Below, in pieces: positions 49,371-59,312 of a DNA stretch of 64,000 bases. Location of the stretch: positions 896,001 to 960,000 of the forward strand of contig CP147780.1 in NCBI GenBank assembly GCA_037310415.1, in the 5' to 3' direction. This DNA is from Candidatus Atabeyarchaeum deiterrae (GTDB taxonomy: Archaea; Asgardarchaeota; Atabeyarchaeia; Atabeyarchaeales; Atabeyarchaeaceae). The translations under genes were made by a program, and so were the position numbers. The notes beneath the pieces were generated by a model. It searched no databases, was not told the origin of the DNA, and worked only from the letters and a program-made list of their open reading frames with translations. The first letter of the stretch is position 1, and every line of letters starts with the position of its first letter.

Positions 49371-50517
49371 GACCAAACAGGGATCAGTTTCGACTTTCGA
49401 CAGGTCAACTGTCGTCTCACTGATCAAAGATTCCCTAACACAGGTCGCAGACCAAATTGACAAAGGAATCTTTCCCGCCATAGACTATTACGGTGCCTCA
49501 AAGAAAAATGTCCAATACAAGAAGGACAAAGGCTACGTTTCTATTGACAATAACGCATCAATGATCGATGGCAGCCATGTCGCAAGTGCAAAAATACTGA
49601 CTATGATAGCCTATGGACTGGCGCGATTCAAGGAACACATGGAGAACAACATGTCCATGAGCCTGAGAGATTTCTACTACTTGTTCAAAGTGAAGGAAAT
49701 ACTCGATCTACTTAAGATAGAAGATCAAAACGAAACAGACTCAATAATCAACTTGTCTGAGCGGATCGTCAGACTTCAAGGAAGATCTGTTCCAAGGGAG
49801 GAGTTCGGCGTCGTATCATCTCCGAAAGGAACCTTTTTCGGTGACATAGTTATTATTGACTCAAGTGGGAAACGGGTTAGGTGCTCCGAAGTCGGAGAGT
49901 GGGGCTACTTCGTAAGTAGCCGCCCCTTTGATGTAGTGATAGATGAGATCAACATAAAGGCCGCGGTATTCGCTGAGAAAGAGGCATTCGCGCGGACCCT
50001 AATTGAACTTGGGATACCGGAACAGCTCAAGGTAGGAGTTGGCGCCTTGTTTGGGCAGCCAGGGAGGAACATGCGAGGATGGATAAGACGTTTGGCAGAC
50101 GAAAAGGTTCCAATTCTCGTTCTCACTGACCTATCGCCATGGAGCATTCGAATCTTCTCTACGATAAGAAACAATAGCATAGAACTCTCCAATATCAATG
50201 GGTTGGCAACACCAGAAGCCAAAATGATAGGATTGCATACATCAGATTTCTTTTCCCCAGGTGGGCAACTAAAAGGTATAACCCATGCACTTGAAGACTT
50301 GGATGAACAGGATCTCAAATGTGCAATTCAGAATCGACAAGTGCCGGCAATAGGGCAAGATGAGTTGCTTCGAGAAGAGAACGAAACGATCATAGAGACG
50401 AAAAAGAAGGGTGAACTCGAGTCTTTCAAAGCGTTCGGCGTAGCATTGAAAGCCCTTAAGAAGAAATACGTGGATTACATGACTCAGAAGATTCAGGGCG
50501 CTGGCGTCAGACTGTAA
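49309..50517 (+). CDS. top6A: DNA topoisomerase VI subunit A (Spo11 family), divergent
   Basis: SLRDFYY, AEKEA, GQP, LTDLSPW, K.ELE; overlaps top6B. Confidence 0.85.
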   Translation: MSTANPSSKKLQPQVKKERRKTKQGSVSTFDRSTVVSLIKDSLTQVADQIDKGIFPAIDYYGASKKNVQYKKDKGYVSIDNNASMIDGSHVASAKILTMIAYGLARFKEHMENNMSMSLRDFYYLFKVKEILDLLKIEDQNETDSIINLSERIVRLQGRSVPREEFGVVSSPKGTFFGDIVIIDSSGKRVRCSEVGEWGYFVSSRPFDVVIDEINIKAAVFAEKEAFARTLIELGIPEQLKVGVGALFGQPGRNMRGWIRRLADEKVPILVLTDLSPWSIRIFSTIRNNSIELSNINGLATPEAKMIGLHTSDFFSPGGQLKGITHALEDLDEQDLKCAIQNRQVPAIGQDELLREENETIIETKKKGELESFKAFGVALKALKKKYVDYMTQKIQGAGVRL

Positions 50518-50644
50518 TTCTGCTTCATGTCTCCTGGCTGCGTTCAACGATTCACTCACAATTGCCTTATGAGTTGATGAGCACACACATCTTTCGCAGA
50601 GGAAAACAAGATTAACTTGGACCGGAAAGACGAGGTTCTGGTTT

Positions 50645-51223
50645 TTGAATTCAGTATTGATATCTGGAACACCCGGGACAGGAAAAACTACGCTTGCAAC
50701 GAAACTGTCTGAGTGCAGAGGGTACGGACTCATAGATATGGGTAGACTTGCAGAAACGGAACACATTTACGTGAGAATTGATGCTGGGAGAGACACAAAG
50801 ATCATCGACGAAAGAAAACTATCGATACGTGTAGAGAGAGAGATTCGCTCAACCAAGGGCAAAGTCATTATCCCTAGTCATTATGCCGAGATAGTCAAGC
50901 CTAAGCTAGTCGACAAGATAATAGTCTTGAGGACCAGACCAAGCGAACTCAGAAAAAGACTCATGCATCGTGGATGGAGTGAGGGCAAGATCCAGGAGAA
51001 CTTGGAGGCAGAGATACTTGGAGTCTGCTCATATAATGCCTTAACCAAATACGGAAGAAGTAAAGTCTACGAGATAGATACGACAAGCCTCTCCCCAGAC
51101 GAGACGCTCAAAATAGCGCTGGATATCCTTGAATCCAAAGAGGAATCCCATATTGCTGGTTCCATCGATTGGCTTGCAGAACTGGAAGAAAGTGAACTTG
51201 ATCTCTACATGATGAAGAAATAG
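50645..51223 (+). CDS. Adenylate kinase, AK6/Fap7 type
   Basis: GTPGTGKTT, SHY, RGW...KI.EN.EAEI. Confidence 0.9.
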   Translation: MNSVLISGTPGTGKTTLATKLSECRGYGLIDMGRLAETEHIYVRIDAGRDTKIIDERKLSIRVEREIRSTKGKVIIPSHYAEIVKPKLVDKIIVLRTRPSELRKRLMHRGWSEGKIQENLEAEILGVCSYNALTKYGRSKVYEIDTTSLSPDETLKIALDILESKEESHIAGSIDWLAELEESELDLYMMKK

Positions 51224-51259
51224 AAAAGGCCGCAGTTCACCGAATCTAAATGGTCACTG

Positions 51260-52351
51260 TCATCTCTTCTTGAGCTCTTTCTCTATTTCAGATAGATTCT
51301 CAAGTCTCTTGTAGACTGGAGGGTGGGTTGAGAAGAGCGTGTTCAGAGATAGGAAGCTATTCTTCTGTCTCCCGACCTCCATAGTCTTGGTTATCTCCTT
51401 GTCGCTTAACAATCCACGTTCCTCAAGGTTTTCAACTTCCTTTTGGGCATTAACCGGATCAGCTATGAAGAATGCCCGCACACCGGCTACCTTACTCTTG
51501 CTTTGGCTTAGGTTCGTAGAGATCTTTACGAGAGCGCTTTGCAGGCTCTTAGGATTCCTTGTTGTAGTCGCGGAAAACCTGTCAGCAAAAAACTCACGTG
51601 TTCTACTGATGCTTAGGACTATCATCTGGAATATGAAGTAAACCAAGAGGGCAAGAACTCCAGCTGCAACAATTAGCCCTCCTGGATTATTGTTTTTGGA
51701 GCTACTTTGCCCGCGAGAGTAGAACATTGACTGGAACGCGACGTTTGCCACCATGTATGCAAGCAAGGGAAGGACACTGAGAATCGTAAGGATTCTGTAA
51801 TCCTTGTGTTTAATGTGCCCAAGCTCGTGCCCTATCACTCCGCGAATCTCATCCTGATTCAGCGTATTCAATAGTCCATCGGTGACCGCCAACGTCGCCC
51901 CTTTGGACGTTCTGCCGAACGTGAACGCATTAGCTTCCTTCATGGGAGAGATGGCTAATTTCGGAGTAGGAACCTTACTTTCCTGAGCTAGGCCCTGGAC
52001 AGTCTCTTGTAGCCAAGGTTTCTCCCCAGGTTCCACGTATCGTAGACGCATAGCCCTTCGAACTATACTTGGGCCAATCGCGTACTGTATTATTACGAAG
52101 AAAATTGTCAATATGAATGGATAGAAGAGTGGGCCCATGATAGCATTTATGAACATGACCAACAAGGCATCGAGCGTTGGTCCAATCACTGGTATCAATC
52201 CTATTAAGGGAATATGCGATACACTGATTATCTGAGTGCTGGGCAAGTATGCCTGAAGAAGATAAGTAATCCCCCAGACAAACAAGAAGAACACTATTGC
52301 AGAAACCAGTAATGCAATATACATCCTAAGCTTCAATCTTACAAGCGTCAA
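51260..52351 (-). CDS. htpX: M48 zinc metalloprotease HtpX
   Basis: NAF..G, HELGH, SR.RE..AD, FSTHP. Confidence 0.9.
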   Translation of the reverse strand: MTLVRLKLRMYIALLVSAIVFFLFVWGITYLLQAYLPSTQIISVSHIPLIGLIPVIGPTLDALLVMFINAIMGPLFYPFILTIFFVIIQYAIGPSIVRRAMRLRYVEPGEKPWLQETVQGLAQESKVPTPKLAISPMKEANAFTFGRTSKGATLAVTDGLLNTLNQDEIRGVIGHELGHIKHKDYRILTILSVLPLLAYMVANVAFQSMFYSRGQSSSKNNNPGGLIVAAGVLALLVYFIFQMIVLSISRTREFFADRFSATTTRNPKSLQSALVKISTNLSQSKSKVAGVRAFFIADPVNAQKEVENLEERGLLSDKEITKTMEVGRQKNSFLSLNTLFSTHPPVYKRLENLSEIEKELKKR

Positions 52352-52473
52352 CGCCCGATTCCTCCCTAGTGAGAATCGTTAATTGAGTACCGCAAGGATG
52401 TCCCTTTAAGTCTTTTTGTTTTCAGATTCGATGGGTATCAATTCCTCGCAAGATTAAAATAACCAAGTTAGAC

Positions 52474-52495
52474 TTTAGGTTCACTCTAACCTAAA
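52474..52495. promoter_or_regulatory. Operator-like palindrome TTTAGGTT-N6-AACCTAAA
   Basis: Perfect 8-bp arms, just downstream of a TATA-like TTAAAAT, between divergent htpX and acd. Confidence 0.5.
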
Positions 52496-52674
52496 TGAGG
52501 AGGTAACGCTGAATACATCTGGATAAACCTCAATAGCTGTTTTAGTAATGCTCTAACCTCAGGTTTCCTCACAGATTCAGATTGCCAAGGAAAGCATTGC
52601 CGTTAGCCGATTGCCTCCGGACGAAAAAGTTAGCTTCGTGCAGTAACCCAAATCATATGAGGTAAGACTTTCCG

Positions 52675-54783
52675 ATGAACACACCCAAAGGTATTTTCAA
52701 TCCCTCCACAATTGCTGTCGTAGGTGCTTCAAGAAGTCCTGATAAGATAGGAAATGTTGTTCTAAGAAATATTATTCAGAGCGGCTACAGGGGAAAGATC
52801 TTACCGGTAAATCCGAACGCTCCTGAGATATTGGGATTGAGAACTTATCCTAAGGTTGCGGATTATAACGGAGAAGTTGATCAAGCCGTAATAACTATAC
52901 CCGCACAGTATGTTCCCAACGCTTTAATTGAGTGCGGTGAGAAAGGAGTAAAATCGGTTGTCGTTATTACTGCTGGGTTCAAGGAAGCTGGACATGAAGG
53001 ACTTCAGCTTGAGAAACAGTGCGTTGAGATTTGCAGGAAATATGGAATGCGCATGCTTGGGCCCAATGTTGTTGGATATATCGACACATGGGTGCCAATC
53101 AACGCAACCTTCGCTCCCGGGATGGCCTTGAAGGGCAACATAGGACTTGCATCTCAGTCTGGCGCGTTATGTACGGCTCTGCTTGATTGGTCAGTCCAAG
53201 CTGGAGTCGGGTTCTCGAAGTTCATAAGTGTGGGGAATAAGGCTGATCTCACCGAATCTGACATGTTGGAAATAATGTCCGATGATCCCGCTACACACGT
53301 AATAGTCCTATACTTAGAGTCGGTTGTCAATGGATCTAGATTTATCGATGTCGCGCGAAGAGTAACCCGCAAGAAACCAGTCATAGTCCTGAAGTCTGGA
53401 ATCTCAGATGCTGGGGCACGCGCGGCCTCATCTCATACAGGTGCTTTGGCTGGTAGTGATATCGCAGTTGAAACCACCTTCAATCAAATGGGTATCTTGC
53501 GTGCCCATTCCCTAAGCCAATTGTTTGATCTTGCCATAACTCTCTCATCTCAACCCGTTCCTAAGGGTGAGAACGTTGGCGTTGTGACAAATGCGGGTGG
53601 TCCAGGAGTATTGACGGCCGATGCCGTTGAGACTAGTGGACTTAAGATGGCTTCTCTTTCGCCAGAAACACTCAACACCCTGCGGAAGAACCTGCCTGAG
53701 GAGGCTGCCGTTAACAACCCAGTAGACGTCGTTGGAGATGCTGACATCAACCGTTACTCATTTGCGCTCAGGACCGTTCTCAAAGACCCGAATGTCAACA
53801 GCATGATCGCGATGATAGCGCCGGTCGCCGTTCTACCCCCAGACAGCTTAGCTGATCTTCTCATTTCAGTCAGAAACGAAGGTGTGGACAAGCCGATGAT
53901 TGGGGTGCTCGTCGGCGGACCAACAATGAAGAGTGCTTCTGATCGGCTTCTTGCTGCAGGGATACCAACTTTTACATTTCCTGAAGATGGTGTCGAAACA
54001 ATCCTAGGCTTGACGAAGTATGCGAAGATTCTTGAGCTTCCAATTAACGAGCAAATACCCAAATTCATTGTAGACAAGAGAAAGGTAGAAGCAGTAATTG
54101 AAGCAGCCAAAATTGACGGCAGGGCAACTTTGCTTGGCTCAGAGGCCATGGCCGTTGCAGAAGCCTATGGAATAAACGTTCCCCCGACTAGCCTTGTCAC
54201 CTCAGGCAAGCAGGCTGCGGAACTATCCGAAGAGATTGGCTATCCTGTTGCTCTCAAAGTCTCTTCACCTCAGATTCTACATAAGACGGATGTGGGTGGA
54301 GTCAAGCTTAATTTGAATTCTGCGAAACAAGTTGAAGAGGCATTTGCAGACATAATGGATCTCGTCTCAGCCAGATTCCCAGATGCCAGGGTTTATGGGT
54401 GTGACCTACAGAAGATGGTGAAACCAGGATTTGAACTAATAATGGGATCGAGCAAGGATCTTGTGTTCGGACCGCTGGTCATGTTCGGTTCGGGCGGCAT
54501 CTTTGCCAACTTCCTAAAGGATGTCTCTTTTGGACTTGCGCCTTTACCTGAGAGAGTTGCAGAAGAGATGATAGGTAGAACCAAGGCAGCCACAATACTG
54601 AGAGGCGTTCGCGGAATGAAACCCTATGACCTGAAAGCGATTCGCGAAATGCTTCTCAGGCTCTCTCAACTGGTAATAGACTTCCCAGAGATAACTGAAG
54701 TAGATGTCAACCCAGTTTTCGCATACCCTACAAACGAAGGGTGCGTAGCTCTAGATGTGAAAATAGTTGCTGGCGGAAGATAA
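52675..54783 (+). CDS. acd: ADP-forming acyl/acetate-CoA ligase, fused alpha-beta
   Basis: VGAS, SQSGA, SHTGALAG, TNAGG, HKTDVGGV, DVNP. Confidence 0.93.
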   Translation: MNTPKGIFNPSTIAVVGASRSPDKIGNVVLRNIIQSGYRGKILPVNPNAPEILGLRTYPKVADYNGEVDQAVITIPAQYVPNALIECGEKGVKSVVVITAGFKEAGHEGLQLEKQCVEICRKYGMRMLGPNVVGYIDTWVPINATFAPGMALKGNIGLASQSGALCTALLDWSVQAGVGFSKFISVGNKADLTESDMLEIMSDDPATHVIVLYLESVVNGSRFIDVARRVTRKKPVIVLKSGISDAGARAASSHTGALAGSDIAVETTFNQMGILRAHSLSQLFDLAITLSSQPVPKGENVGVVTNAGGPGVLTADAVETSGLKMASLSPETLNTLRKNLPEEAAVNNPVDVVGDADINRYSFALRTVLKDPNVNSMIAMIAPVAVLPPDSLADLLISVRNEGVDKPMIGVLVGGPTMKSASDRLLAAGIPTFTFPEDGVETILGLTKYAKILELPINEQIPKFIVDKRKVEAVIEAAKIDGRATLLGSEAMAVAEAYGINVPPTSLVTSGKQAAELSEEIGYPVALKVSSPQILHKTDVGGVKLNLNSAKQVEEAFADIMDLVSARFPDARVYGCDLQKMVKPGFELIMGSSKDLVFGPLVMFGSGGIFANFLKDVSFGLAPLPERVAEEMIGRTKAATILRGVRGMKPYDLKAIREMLLRLSQLVIDFPEITEVDVNPVFAYPTNEGCVALDVKIVAGGR

Positions 54784-54856
54784 CCTAAAGCGTAAATGCA
54801 TGAATGAACATATATCTGATAATATATGAATTTCAGATTGCCGCCAATGGAGTTGT

Positions 54857-55951
54857 TTGTCGATGGCCAAGACTCTCTATATTGCTTCGTCCAACGAATT
54901 CAGTGGCAAGACTGCAATATGCTTAGGTTTAGCTCTGAAGTTCAAGGAATTTGGATTGAGAGTTTCTTACTTGAAACCTATAGCTCCTGCAATCAGCACA
55001 ATAAGAGCAGGTCACCCTACAGATGATGACGCTCAGCTATTGATTGAAAGCCTCGGCTTGCCTTACCCTATAACGACAGTTGTCGCTGGTTTCTTGGAGC
55101 GTCGTTACCTTGACAAGGTGTCCCTCGAATACAAGAAGAGTCTACTAAAGAAAATCGATAAAGCATATGCCGAGGTGTCGAAGGATGCGGATTTGGTGGT
55201 CGTGGAAGGCTGTCGGAGATTCCGAGATGGAATAGCTCTTGGTATTGACCCTTCAAGCTTGTCGAAGAGGCTCGGTGCCAAGATGATCATAGTCTGCAAA
55301 GGTGGCGAGGACACCGTAGCAGACAAGATCATCATAGAGAAAATGGTTACCGACATGAACCAAGTAGAGCTCATTGGCTCGATAATCAACAATGTTCCAA
55401 AGACTATGATAGAGCGGGTTGAAGGTGTTGTTAGACCAGTTCTGGAATCAAAGAACGTTCCCGTCCTTGGCATAATACCTGAGGAGGGCGGGCTCACGGC
55501 TCCCTCGGTAGCGGATATCCAGGCGACACTACAAGGGGAAGTTCTAGCTGGGGAAGAGAACTTCGAAAGAACGGTCCGACACATTTTGGTGGGAGCAATG
55601 ACCCCGAGTTCAGCCCTCAGATTCCTAAGAAGTGTAGACGATAAGGTAGTCGTGACAGGAGGAGACAGAGCTGACATAGCTCTACTTGCACTTGAAACTG
55701 ATACATCACTCCTTGTCCTAACAGGAAACATGTACCCTGACATCCACGTAATCTCGAAAGCAAGAGAAAAAAATGTTCCAGTAATTCTAGTCCCCGACGA
55801 CACCTACTCAACTGTAAGCAAGATCGAATCAGTTACGGGACGCATAAAACCGGGTGATCAAAAGAAGATCAATATTGCACGTCAGATTTGCTCTAGTTAC
55901 ATCGACTGGAAAAAGATACTCGCAGTACTCGGTTTTGAATCACAAGCATAG
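54857..55951 (+). CDS. Phosphotransacetylase N-terminal-like (BioD-type P-loop + DRTGG) protein
   Basis: SGKT, KP, VVEG, VGAM, VTGGDR.D. Confidence 0.88.
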   Translation: MSMAKTLYIASSNEFSGKTAICLGLALKFKEFGLRVSYLKPIAPAISTIRAGHPTDDDAQLLIESLGLPYPITTVVAGFLERRYLDKVSLEYKKSLLKKIDKAYAEVSKDADLVVVEGCRRFRDGIALGIDPSSLSKRLGAKMIIVCKGGEDTVADKIIIEKMVTDMNQVELIGSIINNVPKTMIERVEGVVRPVLESKNVPVLGIIPEEGGLTAPSVADIQATLQGEVLAGEENFERTVRHILVGAMTPSSALRFLRSVDDKVVVTGGDRADIALLALETDTSLLVLTGNMYPDIHVISKAREKNVPVILVPDDTYSTVSKIESVTGRIKPGDQKKINIARQICSSYIDWKKILAVLGFESQA

Positions 55952-56091
55952 AGCCCTTCTATCTTCAGGAATGAGTCGACAGACACGTTATCCTTCAATT
56001 AATGCAAATAACACATCTCGTTGAAAAAACAACAATCTAGCTTTCAAAGTTAGTCACTCCGATTCCAAATAGAAAAAGGAGGTAGCAACCT

Positions 56092-57123
56092 GTGGCTGAA
56101 GTCGCCGTCTCAATTCAGGATCTGACCAAGAGATTCGGCGATGTGATGGCAGTTGACCACATCAACCTAGAGATCAAGAAAGGTGAGATTTTTGGTCTCC
56201 TCGGACCGAATGGGGCTGGCAAAACTACTACCATTAGATTGCTTTGCACTCTACTCGAGCCAACTGAAGGCACAGCCAGAATCGCAGGATACGATATTCG
56301 AAAGCAAGTTGCAGAAGTGAGAAGAAACATCGGAGTCGTATCAGAAGGAATAGATCTTTATGGTGACTTGACCGCAAAGGAGAACTTGATCCTGTTCGGG
56401 AAGCTATTCGGTGTACCCAAGAAGACATTGTTAAAAAGAATAGATGAGCTTCTTGACTTCATTGGACTCACGGATAGGGCCAATGATCTTGTATCAACAT
56501 TTTCAACAGGTATGCGAAAGAAGACGTTGATAGTGTCGTCCCTGATCCACAGCCCACAGATCCTCTATCTCGACGAGGTCACGAGTGGGCTTGATCCCCA
56601 GACAGCCGTGTCAGTAAGAGAAATGACGCGTCGACTGCGTGAACAAGGAATAACCATAATCTGGACGACTCACTATCTTGATGAACCCGATAGGATCTGT
56701 GACAGAGTTGGGATCATCTATGGAGGGCGGATCCTGGCACTTGGGACTCCGAAGGAGGTCAAGAACATTGCTTCTGGTTCTGTGACTATAGAGTTGACTC
56801 TCGACAAACACCCGCCCCAGGAATGTTTGGATTACTTCAATAGCTTGGACGGTGTGATAGCAGTCAAGTCTGAAGATAAAGAGCTCAACCTTACAATCCA
56901 TAACCATGAAACATCGGTATCTAGAGTAATAGAATGCCTCAGTAACTTTGGCATCAAAATCACCGATTTATCAAAGAAGGAGCCTTCACTTGAAGAGGCA
57001 TTCTTGAAACTCATCTCGGAAGCCTCGACGAAAGAATCCAGTAACCAAAAAAGAGTTGAAGATGAAATAGAGCGCCTCCGAAATCAGATAATCAAAGCAA
57101 TGGAAAAGATCAAACTGGAATAG
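56092..57123 (+). CDS. ABC-2 exporter ATP-binding subunit
   Basis: GPNGAGKTT, FSTGM, LDE, TTH. Confidence 0.93.
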   Translation: MAEVAVSIQDLTKRFGDVMAVDHINLEIKKGEIFGLLGPNGAGKTTTIRLLCTLLEPTEGTARIAGYDIRKQVAEVRRNIGVVSEGIDLYGDLTAKENLILFGKLFGVPKKTLLKRIDELLDFIGLTDRANDLVSTFSTGMRKKTLIVSSLIHSPQILYLDEVTSGLDPQTAVSVREMTRRLREQGITIIWTTHYLDEPDRICDRVGIIYGGRILALGTPKEVKNIASGSVTIELTLDKHPPQECLDYFNSLDGVIAVKSEDKELNLTIHNHETSVSRVIECLSNFGIKITDLSKKEPSLEEAFLKLISEASTKESSNQKRVEDEIERLRNQIIKAMEKIKLE

Positions 57124-57175
57124 AGAAGAGAGATCAAGAGCCACTAAGGGAATTAATTAAGTAACCTCGTATAGA

Positions 57176-58345
57176 ATGGGCTGGTGTCAAGAGTTGCGTC
57201 GCCGCAGAAGAGTAACAGGTACACTTCACGATATGTCACTGATCGCCACTAAGGAGGTACGGCAACTATGGCGTGACAAAGCGAGCCTAACGTTAACATT
57301 TCTGATACCCGTCGCAATTCTGCTCGCCTTTGGAGTCACCGTGCCAGCTTCCTCATCGCTCACGACTGGAAATGTTCCTGTCAATGTCACTGTATGTGAC
57401 TTCGATCAAACTTCACTATCCCATGACTTTCTAGCAATCGTTAGTAACTCAACATCATTCGTGATAACATACCAAAGTGATGTTGCCAAAGCAAGATCAG
57501 ATGTAGAGTGGGGCACATATGTAGCAGCTATCATAATCCCACAAGGATTCGCCACAAACTTGACACGCAGGCCTTACCCTGCAAACATTAGTATCACTAT
57601 CATATTGGATGACTCGAAATCGTATATGGTTGGGATGGTTGAGTCAGATCTTGCAAACGCCACTCAAATCTTCATGGGACGCCTCGGACTTGAGGTCAAA
57701 CCAAACGTGAAGCTGACAGAGGACAAACTAAGTGGGAGAGATCTGACTTTTCGCACAACAATTGCGGCCCCTGTTATGGGTATAGCCCTCATTTTCGGTT
57801 GCTTCGATGACGCTGCAGGCTCGATGGCCAGGGAGCGTGAAAGAGGTACCTTCAGCCGCTTGCTTCTAACTCCCATCAACAGGCTCAGCATATTCATGGG
57901 AAAAACATTCTCGAGTATGATCCTAACCATAGTCAGAACCTCACTTCTCTTGCTGTTCCTGATTTATTATCTGAACGTCACCATAGCGGGCAGTTTGCTG
58001 CTTGTGTATCTCATCGCTCTCTTGATAGATACAACGACAGTTGCTCTTGGATTCGCAATCGCCTCCCGAGCAAAAAGTACTAGAAGTGTAGTAATAGCCC
58101 AAATAGCAATAATGATACCATTGATCTTCTTGACAGGAGTCTTGAGACCAGCTGAAGCAATGCCAGAATATGCGAGGGGGCTAGTCAACATAATACCTTA
58201 CACCTACGCAAACGACGCATTCAGACGCGTGGTTAATCTTGGGCAAGGACTCCAATTCATCTTGGGAGACATAGCAGTTCTCCTAACTGCTACAATCATC
58301 CTGTTCACTGTGGCAGCACTATTGATGAAGCGCAGCATAGTCTAA
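57176..58345 (+). CDS. ABC-2 exporter permease
   Basis: RERERGT...LL.TP, 6 TM plus extracellular domain. Confidence 0.9.
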   Translation: MGWCQELRRRRRVTGTLHDMSLIATKEVRQLWRDKASLTLTFLIPVAILLAFGVTVPASSSLTTGNVPVNVTVCDFDQTSLSHDFLAIVSNSTSFVITYQSDVAKARSDVEWGTYVAAIIIPQGFATNLTRRPYPANISITIILDDSKSYMVGMVESDLANATQIFMGRLGLEVKPNVKLTEDKLSGRDLTFRTTIAAPVMGIALIFGCFDDAAGSMARERERGTFSRLLLTPINRLSIFMGKTFSSMILTIVRTSLLLLFLIYYLNVTIAGSLLLVYLIALLIDTTTVALGFAIASRAKSTRSVVIAQIAIMIPLIFLTGVLRPAEAMPEYARGLVNIIPYTYANDAFRRVVNLGQGLQFILGDIAVLLTATIILFTVAALLMKRSIV

Positions 58346-58352
58346 AAGAAAA

Positions 58353-59120
58353 ATGGGGTTGAGTACAACGAAATCAGTTGGCAGGACATCGAGGAGCAAT
58401 GACACAATACGAGTCATTTCAGCCGTAGCAGTATCAGGGATGATTATGTTGTGTATGGTTCTGGGTCAACTCAATGTGGCTAGCCAACCTCCAGCTAGTC
58501 CAACATCTGACCCAGCGGTAGTTGTAGTGGGGGGAAACCCCTCATGGGACTTGGTCGGATCAATGATCCTCTACAGAAGCAATTCTGATGCTGGCGATCA
58601 GCCGTACTGGGTAGCTCAGTCATTTCAAGTAGTGAGAAACGCCAGTTCCATTGTGCTAAGTCTTGAGATCTACATATGGCTAGCGAGAGACGTTCCGCCT
58701 GACTCTTCATTCCCACAAACGGTTGACAACATTACAGTTTTGCTTACAAACGCTACAGCCGCCGGAAACCCCAACATTCTTGACCCAATTGCTAACCGAA
58801 CGATCGGTCCTCAGAACATAACGGCAGCTGGCCCGTATCCTCGGGGTTTGATGAAGATAAACGACACCTTTGCCGTCCACCTTTCTCTCGTTGCATCAAA
58901 CCCGCTTGTGGGGTTTAGTCCAGGAGAGTACTTCATATTCCTCTACCGCAGCAATTTGGGTGATAACGAGGATTACCATAATGGTTACGCCTACTACTGG
59001 GCCGCATCAAAACTCGACCTCTATTACGGGGGAGGGAGTTGGATGCTCAACAACAAAGGAGAATGGAGATCTTACCCCAATGACTTGTGCTTTGCGTTGA
59101 TTGAGGTCACATTCCCTTGA
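58353..59120 (+). CDS. Secreted/membrane-anchored beta-rich hypothetical protein
   Basis: N-terminal hydrophobic segment; AQSF...DLCF pattern; follows the ABC genes. Confidence 0.6.
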   Translation: MGLSTTKSVGRTSRSNDTIRVISAVAVSGMIMLCMVLGQLNVASQPPASPTSDPAVVVVGGNPSWDLVGSMILYRSNSDAGDQPYWVAQSFQVVRNASSIVLSLEIYIWLARDVPPDSSFPQTVDNITVLLTNATAAGNPNILDPIANRTIGPQNITAAGPYPRGLMKINDTFAVHLSLVASNPLVGFSPGEYFIFLYRSNLGDNEDYHNGYAYYWAASKLDLYYGGGSWMLNNKGEWRSYPNDLCFALIEVTFP

Positions 59121-59312
59121 GAACCGTAGGCTTAATAAGAAAAATACTCTTATATCTTGAAAACTAGGTGGGTCGTCAGTCTATGCCTAATAGATTCTGT
59201 CTTGCGTTATGACCTGAGTTTTCAGATCGCTCGCTTTCAGCGTGTTGGCATATTTTGGGGGGAGGGGCAAGCGATCCATGTGGTGAGTCTTCTAGGGGAA
59301 GAGTGTTGTGAC

